Shown: positions 1-8,570, numbered from the stretch's first letter. The stretch is DNA of 58,897 nt from Candidatus Woesearchaeota archaeon (GCA_046543095.1 JBKHAC010000004.1:1-58897); one strand, 5' to 3'. A program made the numbers and translations. The notes: generated by a model not told the origin, from the sequence alone.

Positions 1-2
1 AA

Positions 3-287
3 AATTCATCTAACCTCGAAGTTAATACTTTGCGTCAAGCAGATGTTTTGATTTTAAAGAGGCATTCTTTGCTTCAAAAGAGTTTTGAGCGTAAAATCAT
101 AGCGAAGCTTTATGATGAGCACGAGGATTTATTTAAGGAGTTTCAAGATCTCAAGGGTTCCTCGTTAGTTGTTTCAGATAAATTTGTTGGTTTCTTGGAT
201 GTTTCTTTGCCTAGTTTTTGGTCAAGTAAGACTAGTAAAAGTTTTGAGAATATTCACTCTAGTGATTCGAAGACTTCATCAAAATAA
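3..287 (+). CDS. C-terminal part of a hypothetical protein whose gene starts upstream of the window
   Basis: The frame of the listed 30..287 ORF stays open back to base 3, so the TTG at 30 is probably internal. Stop at 285-287. No recognisable motif. Confidence 0.4.
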   Translation, partial: NSSNLEVNTLRQADVLILKRHSLLQKSFERKIIAKLYDEHEDLFKEFQDLKGSSLVVSDKFVGFLDVSLPSFWSSKTSKSFENIHSSDSKTSSK

Positions 288-1204
288 TTTTTGTATTCCT
301 TAACTATTTCTTTTTGTTTTATTATTAGTATATTTTCATCATTTATTGTGTTTGCTGCGTTTGTTGGGTTATAGCTTCCTGTTATAACTAAATCATCTAT
401 GATTATTATTTTGTTGTGTTGTAAATTTTTTTGTGAATGTATTTTTATTGTTATGTTGTTTTTTTCAAATAATGGTACTTGCCAGTATTTTTTGTTTTGA
501 AAGTTTTCTATTATGCCTTTTACTTTTATGCCTTCGTTGTGTTTTTGTATTATTGCGTGAGCTATATCTTGATCGGTGAATGTGAATAGCATAAATTTTA
601 TTGTTTGGTTTGCATTATTTATTTTTTGTAATATTTGTTTTTTGCATTCATCTTGTGGGCAGAAATAATTTTCAAGTGAGTAATTATTAAATATTATTTT
701 TGTTGTTTTTGTTTTTGTTTTTTTGGTTTGTTTTTGTTTATTTAATTTTATTATTTCGTTATATTCTTGTAAATAATTGTTTGCTATCGTCGGAGATTCT
801 ATTATTATTATGTTTTCATGATGGTTATTTATTTGTGTTGGATTATAGCTCCCCGTTATTATATATGTGTTATTTATTACGCAAAACTTGTGGTGCATTA
901 GTCCTTTTGTGTTTATTTTTTCGAATTCTTTATTATTGTGTGTTATTATTTTCGCATTTTCTTTTTTTAGGTGTTGAATTATTTTTTCGTTTGTTAGGTC
1001 ATAAAATGCACAAAAGAGTGTTTTTGAGTTATTTGTTATTTTTATGAGTTCGTGTTCGCAGTCTTGTATTTTGCAAAAATATGTTTCTATTAGGCCTGTT
1101 TCTTCGAGGATTTTTTCTTGATTTGTGTAGACAAATATATCTAAATATATTATTGTAAGTACAATAAATAAACTTAAGCATATTAATTTTTTATTTGTTT
1201 GCAT
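254..1204 (-). CDS. Membrane-anchored phospholipase D / Nuc-like nuclease superfamily protein (two HKD-type motifs)
   Basis: Two HKD-type motifs: MHHKFCVINN..TGSYNPT (the D position is N) and LQHNKIIIIDD..TGSYNPT. N-terminal hydrophobic helix LICLSLFIVLTIIYLDIFVY. Confidence 0.75.
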   Translation of the reverse strand: MQTNKKLICLSLFIVLTIIYLDIFVYTNQEKILEETGLIETYFCKIQDCEHELIKITNNSKTLFCAFYDLTNEKIIQHLKKENAKIITHNNKEFEKINTKGLMHHKFCVINNTYIITGSYNPTQINNHHENIIIIESPTIANNYLQEYNEIIKLNKQKQTKKTKTKTTKIIFNNYSLENYFCPQDECKKQILQKINNANQTIKFMLFTFTDQDIAHAIIQKHNEGIKVKGIIENFQNKKYWQVPLFEKNNITIKIHSQKNLQHNKIIIIDDLVITGSYNPTNAANTINDENILIIKQKEIVKEYKNYFDEVFESLE

Positions 1205-1312
1205 AAGAAGATTTATTTTATTTTATTAAAAAAAGTATTTGTGAAAAAACCGGAAAAAAAACAAAAAGTATTTAAATAATTAATTCAATAAAAATATTCG
1301 AGGTGTATATTA

Positions 1313-1546
1313 ATGGCAGCTAAAAAGAAAACAGTAAAGAAAGCAGCTAAAAAAGCAGCCCCTAAAAAAACTACTAAAAAAGCAGCTCCTAAAAAAGCAG
1401 CAAAAAAAGTAGTTAAAAAGGCAGCAAAAAAAGTTGTAAAAAAAACTAAGAAAGTAGCAAAAAAAGCAGCTCCTAAAAAAGCAGCAAAAAAAGCAGCTCC
1501 TAAAAAAGCAGCAAAAAAAACTACTAAAAAAGCTAAGAAAAAGTAA
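1313..1546 (+). CDS. Small Lys/Ala/Pro-rich basic protein (H1-tail-like AKP repeats), probably nucleic-acid binding
   Basis: 77 aa made almost only of A/K/P/V/T. KKAAPKK occurs 4 times, and the DNA unit AAAAAAGCAGC(T/C)CCTAAAAAA occurs 4 times. TATA-like GTATTTAAATAA at 1268-1279; GAGGTG at 1300-1305, 7 nt before the ATG. Confidence 0.6.
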   Translation: MAAKKKTVKKAAKKAAPKKTTKKAAPKKAAKKVVKKAAKKVVKKTKKVAKKAAPKKAAKKAAPKKAAKKTTKKAKKK

Positions 1547-1586
1547 GTTCTTAGTTTAGATTATTTTTTTTATTTTTTTTATTTTT

Positions 1587-2102
1587 TCAAGAATTGTTTT
1601 TTCTAGAATCTATGAATTTTTTTGATTTTTGCATCGAGAACAATAATTGTGGATCTTTTTTTGTGAGCTCTAAGTGTTTTTTTGGTGTTATTTTAATATC
1701 AAATTTGAGTATTTTCGCTATTGTTTTTGCTTCTTCATCTGCAATTACGCTTAGTAAGTTTATTTCATCACTTGCATAAATGTTTGTTTGTAGGAAATAG
1801 TCAAGCAGATTTTGTGCATCGTCATCCATTGTTTTTGATATTATTTGCGGGGCGTTTTTATTTTTAGTTATTTTTATTCTGTCTTCAAATATTTTTTTGA
1901 GGAAGTATTTTGTTATTTTGTATTTTTTATTTTCATCTTCTATTAAATAGTATTCTTTTTTTATATTTATTAGTTTGTTTACTCTAAGGTGTTTTCTTAT
2001 TCGTCTCTCTATTTGTTCTAGAAAGTGTGTTTTGCACATGTTTTTGTTTGTGTAATCTGTCCAGATTGCATCATTTGTGCATTTAGTGCATTTTTTGTTC
2101 AT
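1587..2102 (-). CDS. Zinc-ribbon protein resembling the N-terminus of TtuA/NcsA-type tRNA thiolases but lacking the PP-loop
   Basis: CTKC..CKTHFLEQIERRIRKHL resembles the zinc finger plus helix that precedes SGGKDS in TtuA/NcsA. Here that position reads IEDENKKY, and the protein is only 171 aa. Confidence 0.45.
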   Translation of the reverse strand: MNKKCTKCTNDAIWTDYTNKNMCKTHFLEQIERRIRKHLRVNKLINIKKEYYLIEDENKKYKITKYFLKKIFEDRIKITKNKNAPQIISKTMDDDAQNLLDYFLQTNIYASDEINLLSVIADEEAKTIAKILKFDIKITPKKHLELTKKDPQLLFSMQKSKKFIDSRKNNS

Positions 2103-2126
2103 TTTAGTTATATGGAAAGAAAAAAG

Positions 2127-2135
2127 TTTATATTA
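2127..2135 (+). promoter_or_regulatory. TATA-box-like element for the C/D box sRNA
   Basis: TTTATATTA is centred about 26 nt upstream of the predicted sRNA 5' end, matching archaeal TATA-to-TSS spacing. Confidence 0.4.
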
Positions 2136-2156
2136 AGTTATTCTTTTCTTAAATTT

Positions 2157-2215
2157 GCAATGATGAGGTGAACACCCGCTGAACTCAATATGATGAACGG
2201 AAGTAACTGCTGAGC
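2157..2215 (+). ncRNA. C/D box sRNA (2'-O-methylation guide RNA)
   Basis: C box ATGATGA 2160-2166; 12-nt guide GGTGAACACCCG; D' box CTGA 2179-2182; 7-nt spacer; C' box ATGATGA 2190-2196; 13-nt guide ACGGAAGTAACTG; D box CTGA 2210-2213. Short GC/GC terminal pairing. Confidence 0.75.
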
Positions 2216-2249
2216 ATCTTATATTTATTATATATTTCTTCTAAGTATT

Positions 2250-2951
2250 TTATGTTTTTTCATACACTCCTATTTTTTGATTTGAGTATAGTTTTAGATT
2301 ATGTTTTTCTTTTAAATAATTAATATTTGTTTTGTTGAAATATTTATGCTCATCCAAAGTAAATATTAGTTTTCCTCCTTTTTTTAGATTTTTTATTACA
2401 TTATCAACTGTTGCCATTGCATCAGAGACGTACCTAAACACCCAAACTGCTGTGATAAGATCCATTTTTTGATTAAGTTTTACTTTCATTATGTCTTCAA
2501 TGTATTCTTCTGGTGCATATTCTTGTTCAAATAATTTAACAAGTGCAAGTTTATCTTGAATTTTGTCTAAATCATCACTTATCCATTTGGTTCTTGATTG
2601 TAGTTTTAAGTCGGTTAATATTTTTTCATCTGAATCTCTTTCAAGTACATCTACTGCGTATGTTTTTAAATTTTTACCTAATGCGTACTTTGCTTCTCTT
2701 AATGCTATTTGGTTTCCTGCACCGAAGTCAGCCCATAAAAATTGTTTATTTAATTGAATATGCTGTGACATATAGTTGAAAAGGGTGTGGCCCAGAGTAT
2801 TTTGTGCATCAAGTATTGAGTTGTATACTGCGAGTTTTTTTGATCTATTTTTTCCTTTTTGTGTTTCTTCTTGTATTGCTATAATATCTTTGAGCTTCAT
2901 AATATTAGAATAAAGTCTTAATTTATAAATATTTTTAAATTTATTATTCAT
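2250..2951 (-). CDS. Class I SAM-dependent methyltransferase, substrate unknown
   Basis: Motif I-like WADFGAGNQIAL, acidic post-I residue (YAVDV), LKKGGKLIF. The start could also be the internal Met (MKLKDII). Confidence 0.6.
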   Translation of the reverse strand: MNNKFKNIYKLRLYSNIMKLKDIIAIQEETQKGKNRSKKLAVYNSILDAQNTLGHTLFNYMSQHIQLNKQFLWADFGAGNQIALREAKYALGKNLKTYAVDVLERDSDEKILTDLKLQSRTKWISDDLDKIQDKLALVKLFEQEYAPEEYIEDIMKVKLNQKMDLITAVWVFRYVSDAMATVDNVIKNLKKGGKLIFTLDEHKYFNKTNINYLKEKHNLKLYSNQKIGVYEKT

Positions 2952-2993
2952 TAGTAGTTAAATTTATATATTGTTTTTTATTTCTTTATATGA

Positions 2994-3599
2994 ATGGGAG
3001 AATTATTTATGAGTTTGGATCGTCAAAAAAGTATTTATACGCATTTAGCGCAATCAGGCACATTTAATTTAGAGCGTTTGTGCGATGACTATAAGCAAAT
3101 ATTAGGTTCGAATGTCATTAATACGACAAATAAAGATATTTTGTCATCTTCAGATATTTTATTTTCTGGTTCAATTAAAAATAGGACTTGTGGAGAGACT
3201 ATAAAGAATTTTGTTCAAACGCTAAGACCTGAAAGTGAGAATTTTAGAAATGGTGCAAGACTTATTTATAATGATGAGCTTGTAGGTTTTGCAAAGTTTA
3301 ATGAAAAAATTAATGTTCTTGCATCTTGCTCTGTTACAACTAGTTCAAGAAATTTTTTTAAGTTTCCTTTAATTAAACAAGGGATTTATTCTGTTGATGA
3401 GTCTTTATTTGACTATATAAGAAGTTTTGTTGATAAAAGAGAGGATGGTAAGTGGGTTGATATTGATTTGAATAAGCACAATAAGCAAATGTTTTTTGAT
3501 TTAAATCTTATAGTTCATCCTGTAGCTTTTGTATCAATTGATGATTATTATTCATTTCGTAATAATATCTTGGAAGAAATAAAAAATTATTCTTCTTAA
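2994..3599 (+). CDS. Hypothetical protein
   Basis: 201-aa ORF filling the gap between neighbouring genes. No motif recognised. Confidence 0.5.
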   Translation: MGELFMSLDRQKSIYTHLAQSGTFNLERLCDDYKQILGSNVINTTNKDILSSSDILFSGSIKNRTCGETIKNFVQTLRPESENFRNGARLIYNDELVGFAKFNEKINVLASCSVTTSSRNFFKFPLIKQGIYSVDESLFDYIRSFVDKREDGKWVDIDLNKHNKQMFFDLNLIVHPVAFVSIDDYYSFRNNILEEIKNYSS

Positions 3600-3604
3600 A
3601 TACT

Positions 3605-4747
3605 TTAGCCAAACATATATTTGTATGCTTCTGATTTGTTTTCGTCTTCGCCTTTGACTTTTGCTATTGCTTGTTCTAACTCTTTTTGCGTTATTTTTGT
3701 TTTGTTTTGTCTAATAGCAAAGTATCCTGCCTCTGTGCACACTGATTTTATGTCAGCTCCTGAGAATCCTTCCATTTTTTTAAGTATTTGATCCGTGTTT
3801 ATTTTTTTATCAAGCGTCATATTTTTTGTGTGTATTTTAAATATTTCTTTAAGTCCTTCAATGCCTGGAACTGGCACTTCTACGAGTCTGTCAAGTCTTC
3901 CTGGACGAAGTATTGCGGGGTCGAGTATGTCTTTTCTGTTTGTGCAGCCTATTATTTTAACGTTGTCTAGTGGTTTGAATCCGTCTATTTCTGCTAGGAA
4001 TTGCATGAATGTTCTCTGTACTTCTCTCTCGCCTGAGGTTCCTATTTCTATTCTTTTTGATGCTATTGCATCTATTTCATCTATGAATATTATAGCTGGC
4101 GCTCTCTCTCTTGCTATTTTGAATATGTCTTTTACAAGTTTTGCGCCTTCTCCTATAAATTTTTGTACAAGTTCAGAGCCTACTATTTCTATGAATGTGC
4201 TATTTGTTGATGCAGCTACTGCTTTTGCAAGCATTGTTTTTCCTGTTCCTGGTGGTCCGTGTAAGAGTACTCCTTTTGGTGGTGTGATTCCTACTTTTTT
4301 GAATAGTTCAGGTTTTGTTAGTGGAAGTTCTATTACTTCTTTGAGTTCATTTTCTTGTTTGTCAAGTCCCCCTATGTCTTTCCATGATGTTTGTGGATGA
4401 TCTATTATTACAAATTGTTCTACTTCAACTTTTTTATCTGATTTTATTTTGTCAACGACTGTCAGGTTTTTTTGTTCGACAGTGACTTGATCACCTGTAT
4501 TTAGGTCTTGGACTGTACTAGATACATTTACTAAGAATTTGTTTCCGTTTGGAACTTTTATAATCGCAGTATTTTCTACCAAATCAACTATTTCTGCTAT
4601 CATGAGTGCAGGAGATCTATATCTATCTACTTCCATTTTTAGTTGGAATACTGTCTCTCGTAATATTTTGTTTTCGTTTTCAAGATCATTCATCTCTTCG
4701 ATGTATTTTGTGTCTTGTTTTTCTTGTTTTTTTGATTCTGCTCCCAT
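3605..4747 (-). CDS. pan: Proteasome-activating nucleotidase (AAA+ ATPase, 26S Rpt-like)
   Basis: N-terminal coiled coil (ENENKILRETVFQLKMEVDRY), OB segment, Walker A GPPGTGKT, Walker B IIFIDEIDA, SRH region TNRKDILDPAILRPGRLDR. Confidence 0.9.
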   Translation of the reverse strand: MGAESKKQEKQDTKYIEEMNDLENENKILRETVFQLKMEVDRYRSPALMIAEIVDLVENTAIIKVPNGNKFLVNVSSTVQDLNTGDQVTVEQKNLTVVDKIKSDKKVEVEQFVIIDHPQTSWKDIGGLDKQENELKEVIELPLTKPELFKKVGITPPKGVLLHGPPGTGKTMLAKAVAASTNSTFIEIVGSELVQKFIGEGAKLVKDIFKIARERAPAIIFIDEIDAIASKRIEIGTSGEREVQRTFMQFLAEIDGFKPLDNVKIIGCTNRKDILDPAILRPGRLDRLVEVPVPGIEGLKEIFKIHTKNMTLDKKINTDQILKKMEGFSGADIKSVCTEAGYFAIRQNKTKITQKELEQAIAKVKGEDENKSEAYKYMFG

Positions 4748-4803
4748 TATAACTTAGAAAATATTTGGCTTATTTAAATATTAGGGTTGTTTTATCGAAT
4801 ATT

Positions 4804-4903
4804 TTGAAAAAGTTAGAGTGCGCTTCCTCGCCCTAAAGAGTTAACCTTCGGTTAACTTTTTAGCTAACGCTAAAAAGCGAGGATTCTTCCGCTCGTAATT
4901 TAA
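4804..4903 (+). repeat. Dispersed intergenic repeat, family 1, copy A
   Basis: About 100 nt, alignable to the reverse complement of 9068-9164 and to 57963-58051. Contains hairpins AGTTAACC-TTC-GGTTAACT (4839-4857) and TTTTTAGC-TAAC-GCTAAAAA (4857-4876). Confidence 0.7.
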
Positions 4904-4914
4904 ACTAATAGAAT

Positions 4915-5217
4915 TTAGCCCAAATTATATTTTATAATTGAGCCTAAGGTATATCCGCTACCAAAACCTGTTGCGACCATTGCTGAATTTTTAAGATATC
5001 CGTACATATTAGTTTTTGAGAGCTTATTATATGCCAAAGTTCCAAGTATGGTTCCAGCCATAATTTGATTTTCTTTACCAATTATTCCTGTAATTACTCC
5101 AGGAATGAATCCGATTCCTAAAGAAACGACGTCATCCATTGTTCTTCCGAATTTGGATTTTTCAGCCTTATTAATTTCTTGTTCAAGTTTTGAAATGATA
5201 TGGGTTCGCGTTTCCAT
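4915..5217 (-). CDS. Small glycine-zipper membrane protein, hypothetical
   Basis: 100 aa with G-rich hydrophobic segments (GIGFIPGVITGIIG, ATGFGSGYTLGSII). Confidence 0.5.
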   Translation of the reverse strand: METRTHIISKLEQEINKAEKSKFGRTMDDVVSLGIGFIPGVITGIIGKENQIMAGTILGTLAYNKLSKTNMYGYLKNSAMVATGFGSGYTLGSIIKYNLG

Positions 5218-5335
5218 TTTAATAGAGTGACATCACATTATTTAAAAAAGTTCGTATTAACTGATGGGAGACATAGAAAATTCGTACTGTCTATTTCATA
5301 AATACGAGAACAATAGACTCGAGTTTATGTCGAAT

Positions 5336-6373
5336 TTATTTGATTATTTTTAGTTTTTTTGTGGCTTTTTCAGTAAGTATTTGATTTTTTTGTCCTATAA
5401 GAATTGTGTCTTCTATTCTGATGCCGTATTTTTTTGTGTAGTATCCGGGTTCTATTGTGAGTACATTGTTTTGTCCTATTTTGTCTTCTGATTGTTCTAG
5501 TATGCTTGGTTTTTCGTGTATATATACTCCAACTCCGTGTCCGAGTCCATGTATAAATAATTCTTTATTTTTTCCCATTAGAGTTTGTGTTTCTTCTTGT
5601 AGTTTTTGTGCGGATTTTCCGGGTTTTGCACGTTTTATCATTTCTTTTTGTATATTTAGTAGTTCTTCGTAGATTTGTTTTTCTTCTTTTGTTATTTTTC
5701 CTAAATATATTGTTCTAGTCATGTCTGATTTATATCCTTCATATGTAAATCCCATATCTATTACTAGGAAGCCTTTCTTTAATTTTTTTTCGGGTTTGTG
5801 GTGTGGCACACTCGCATTGTTTCCTGATGCGACTACGGGACTAAATGCTAAATCTAAGTTGTTTTCGAGTGCGTATTTTTGTATGTGTGTTTCTATTTGT
5901 TTTTCTGATTTAAGTTCTTTGATCTCAAGTTTTTTTATTATATCCTTCCAGCATTTAACTGTATGGTTACAGGCTATTTTTATTTTTTTTATTTCATCAA
6001 GTGTTTTTGTTTGTCTGAGCTCTGCGAGTTCTTTTGTTATATTTTGTGTTTTTTTTATATTTAAATCGTGAAGATCTTTTAGTGTTGTTTCTGTGTAATT
6101 TAGAAGTGTTTTTCCTCGTATTTTATCTTTTGCGATCTTTTTTATCTCTGATGTTTTTTTTATTTTTATTACTTTTATTTGGTTTTGTAAATTCGAGGGT
6201 ATGTGTTCTAAGGGTTTTGCAATCAAAGTTGTATCTTTTTGTGTTATTATTAGTATTGCGCCAGTAATGTTTCGCTGTATTAACCAGTAAAAGTTCGGGT
6301 CTTTTGCTTGGATAACTATTTGATTTGCGTCGTATTTTTTTAATAATTTTTTTAATTGTTTGATTTTTTCCAT
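5336..6373 (-). CDS. Xaa-Pro aminopeptidase/dipeptidase (peptidase M24B)
   Basis: M24 metal-ligand motifs: VIDMGFTYEGYKSDMTRT, HGLGHGVGVYIHEKP, TIEPGYY, IRIEDT. Confidence 0.85.
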   Translation of the reverse strand: MEKIKQLKKLLKKYDANQIVIQAKDPNFYWLIQRNITGAILIITQKDTTLIAKPLEHIPSNLQNQIKVIKIKKTSEIKKIAKDKIRGKTLLNYTETTLKDLHDLNIKKTQNITKELAELRQTKTLDEIKKIKIACNHTVKCWKDIIKKLEIKELKSEKQIETHIQKYALENNLDLAFSPVVASGNNASVPHHKPEKKLKKGFLVIDMGFTYEGYKSDMTRTIYLGKITKEEKQIYEELLNIQKEMIKRAKPGKSAQKLQEETQTLMGKNKELFIHGLGHGVGVYIHEKPSILEQSEDKIGQNNVLTIEPGYYTKKYGIRIEDTILIGQKNQILTEKATKKLKIIK

Positions 6374-6611
6374 ATTTGTTTAGTTTTTTCGTTTCTTTAA
6401 ATATTTTATTTTTGTGAATTCATACATATTAAGTGTATGGGTTAACAGCGTTTTATTTAAGATTTGAGCCCGATATTTTAATTAAAACTTAATTGAATAA
6501 ACTAGACTCGTTTTCAAACATGAAATAAGACTTTTTGGTCGTTGCGCTATGTGTGTTCTTTAAATGCAAGGTTTTTTATATTCGTTTGTTCATCATATTC
6601 ATTGATTAATT

Positions 6612-8570
6612 ATGGATGAGATTAAATTTAAGGATTTTGTGCTTGATCGTTTTCAAATTGAGGCGATTGAGAGTATTGAGAAGAATAATTCTGTTGTTGT
6701 GAGTGCAGCAACAGGCACTGGTAAGACGCTTATTGCTGATTATGTTATTGATAAATATTTAAAGCGTGATAAGAAGATTGTTTATACTGCGCCGATTAAG
6801 GCTCTCTCTAATCAGAAGTATAATGATTTTAAGCGTGCTTATGGTGCTGATAGTGTTGGTATTTTAACTGGTGATGTGACTATTAATCATGAGGCGCCAT
6901 TGCTTATCATGACTACTGAGATTTATCGTAATATGCTTCTCAGTAACGATCCTTTTGTTGATGATGTTGCGTATGTTGTTTTTGATGAAATTCATTTCTT
7001 AGGTGATATTGAGCGTGGCACTGTTTGGGAGGAGAGTATTATTTTTAGTAAGGCGCATGTTCGTTTTTTGTGTCTTAGTGCGACCATTCCTAATGCGCGT
7101 CAGTTTGCTAATTGGATTAATCATGTTAAAGAGCATGATGTTGACGTTGTGACTGAGAAGAAGAGGGCTGTGCCTTTAAAGCATGAATTTTATGATACTG
7201 AGCATGGTTTTGCGTCGCTTAAACAAATTGGTGAGTGGAAAGATCTTGATAGATATCCTAAATATTATAAATCTATGAAAGATAAGCGTCGTGCTCGTGA
7301 GGAACGTATGACTATCAAAAAAAGATCGCATATTGATTTGCTTCGTGATATTCAGAGTAAAGGTATGCTTCCGTGTATTTATTTTTGTTTTTCTCGCGCG
7401 TTGACTGAGCAGAAAAGTGATTCTTTGAAGCGTTTTAAGAATTATTTATCTTCATCTGAGGGTGCTGATGCGGGGAAAATTATTCGTGAGCATTTATCTA
7501 ATGCTGATTCTAGTATTCGAGATTTGAAGACGACTAAGCTTCTTCGTGAGTGTCTTAGTCGAGGTATTGGTTTTCATCATGCTGGTCTTCTTAGTGCTTT
7601 AAAAGAACTTGTTGAGGATCTTTTTTCAAAAGGACTTGTTAAAGTTTTATTTGCGACTGAGACTTTCGCTGTCGGGATTAATATGCCTGCAAAAGCTGTT
7701 ATTTTTGATTCTCTTGAGAAATTTGATGGTATTAGTTTCCGTTATTTGAATAGTAAAGAGTATTTTCAGCTTGCAGGTCGTGCTGGTCGTAGGGGTATTG
7801 ATAAAGAAGGTCTTGCTGTGAGTGTGATTGAGCGTAGGGTTGCCGATATTCCTAAAATTAAGATTATAACTAGTGATGATAAGGAGCCTTTGAAATCTCA
7901 ATTTAAGGTTTCTTTTAATACTGTTTTGAATTTGCTAAGGAGTCATACGCCTGAGGAGCAGGCTTTGCTTTTGAAGAAGAGTTTTTATTCTTATCAGCAA
8001 GTTGGTAAGACTGGTGCGAGCAGGATTGTTGCGAGTTTTGAGAAGAAGAAAGGTAGGCTTTTGAGTAAGGGTTTTATTTACAAATCAGATGGTTCTTTTG
8101 AATTATCTGAGAAAGGTTTGTTTGCAAGTCGTATTTATAATGATGAGCTTGCAATCACTAATATGTTTTGTTCATCTAAAACAAGTGAGCTTGGTGAGCG
8201 TGAGATTATGTTGCTTGCGGGCGCGATTTCTTTTGAGGAGCGGCGTAATACTAAATTTAAGTCGAAGCATAAGAAGGTTACTGATAGGGTTTTTGATTTG
8301 TTTCGTGATGATAGAGATGTTTTTTTGTATTTGAAGAAAAAACCTGTGCAAAAGCTTGAGCAGTTTTTGATGAATTGGCTCGATGGTGCTGATTTTGTTG
8401 ATGTTATGGAGCTTACTAATATTCTTGAGGGAGACATTGTTAGGTTAATTAGGCAAATTATTGATTTACTTCAGCAAATTCAGCATGCGACGCTTGATGA
8501 TGTTCTTCGGAAAAAGGTTACTGATTTGAAGAAAAAGATTGATAGGGACGTTATTAGTGTTAGTTTTTAA
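6612..8570 (+). CDS. Ski2/Mtr4/HelY-type superfamily 2 RNA helicase with DSHCT-like C-terminus
   Basis: Walker A AATGTGKT, DEIH box, SAT, motif VI QLAGRAGRRG. C-terminal GADFVDVMELTNILEGDIVRLIRQIIDLLQQI resembles the DSHCT domain. Confidence 0.85.
   Translation: MDEIKFKDFVLDRFQIEAIESIEKNNSVVVSAATGTGKTLIADYVIDKYLKRDKKIVYTAPIKALSNQKYNDFKRAYGADSVGILTGDVTINHEAPLLIMTTEIYRNMLLSNDPFVDDVAYVVFDEIHFLGDIERGTVWEESIIFSKAHVRFLCLSATIPNARQFANWINHVKEHDVDVVTEKKRAVPLKHEFYDTEHGFASLKQIGEWKDLDRYPKYYKSMKDKRRAREERMTIKKRSHIDLLRDIQSKGMLPCIYFCFSRALTEQKSDSLKRFKNYLSSSEGADAGKIIREHLSNADSSIRDLKTTKLLRECLSRGIGFHHAGLLSALKELVEDLFSKGLVKVLFATETFAVGINMPAKAVIFDSLEKFDGISFRYLNSKEYFQLAGRAGRRGIDKEGLAVSVIERRVADIPKIKIITSDDKEPLKSQFKVSFNTVLNLLRSHTPEEQALLLKKSFYSYQQVGKTGASRIVASFEKKKGRLLSKGFIYKSDGSFELSEKGLFASRIYNDELAITNMFCSSKTSELGEREIMLLAGAISFEERRNTKFKSKHKKVTDRVFDLFRDDRDVFLYLKKKPVQKLEQFLMNWLDGADFVDVMELTNILEGDIVRLIRQIIDLLQQIQHATLDDVLRKKVTDLKKKIDRDVISVSF

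Noticed and set aside
3795-4400. 201-aa ORF on the + strand inside the pan gene. Similar long antisense ORFs occur at 700-1047, 5721-6071, 9820-10128, 13210-13557, 19910-20434, 37865-38335, 41855-42190 and 54969-55487.
   Set aside because: These lie entirely antisense to genes with strong motif support. Their products are low-complexity S/F/L/I/C-rich strings, as expected when the T-rich complement of A-rich coding DNA is read. No motifs or translation signals.
5319-5326. The string TAGACTC(G/A) recurs in intergenic DNA at about 5319, 6507, 25350, 40250, 44064, 48721 and 53516.
   Set aside because: A 7-8-mer is expected several times by chance at this composition. I could not scan coding regions exhaustively to show enrichment. 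Only the copies inside the MITEs and next to AAGCGAGGAT are reported, as parts of repeats.
6374-6611. Intergenic gaps (6374-6611, 8571-8766, 11593-11756, 33776-34079, 48588-48789, 52518-52976) scanned for tRNA, 5S, SRP or RNase P-like GC-rich structured segments.
   Set aside because: No cloverleaf-compatible sequence or GC-rich helical core was found by eye. They look like promoter/terminator spacers. An Infernal scan would be needed to exclude small ncRNAs.
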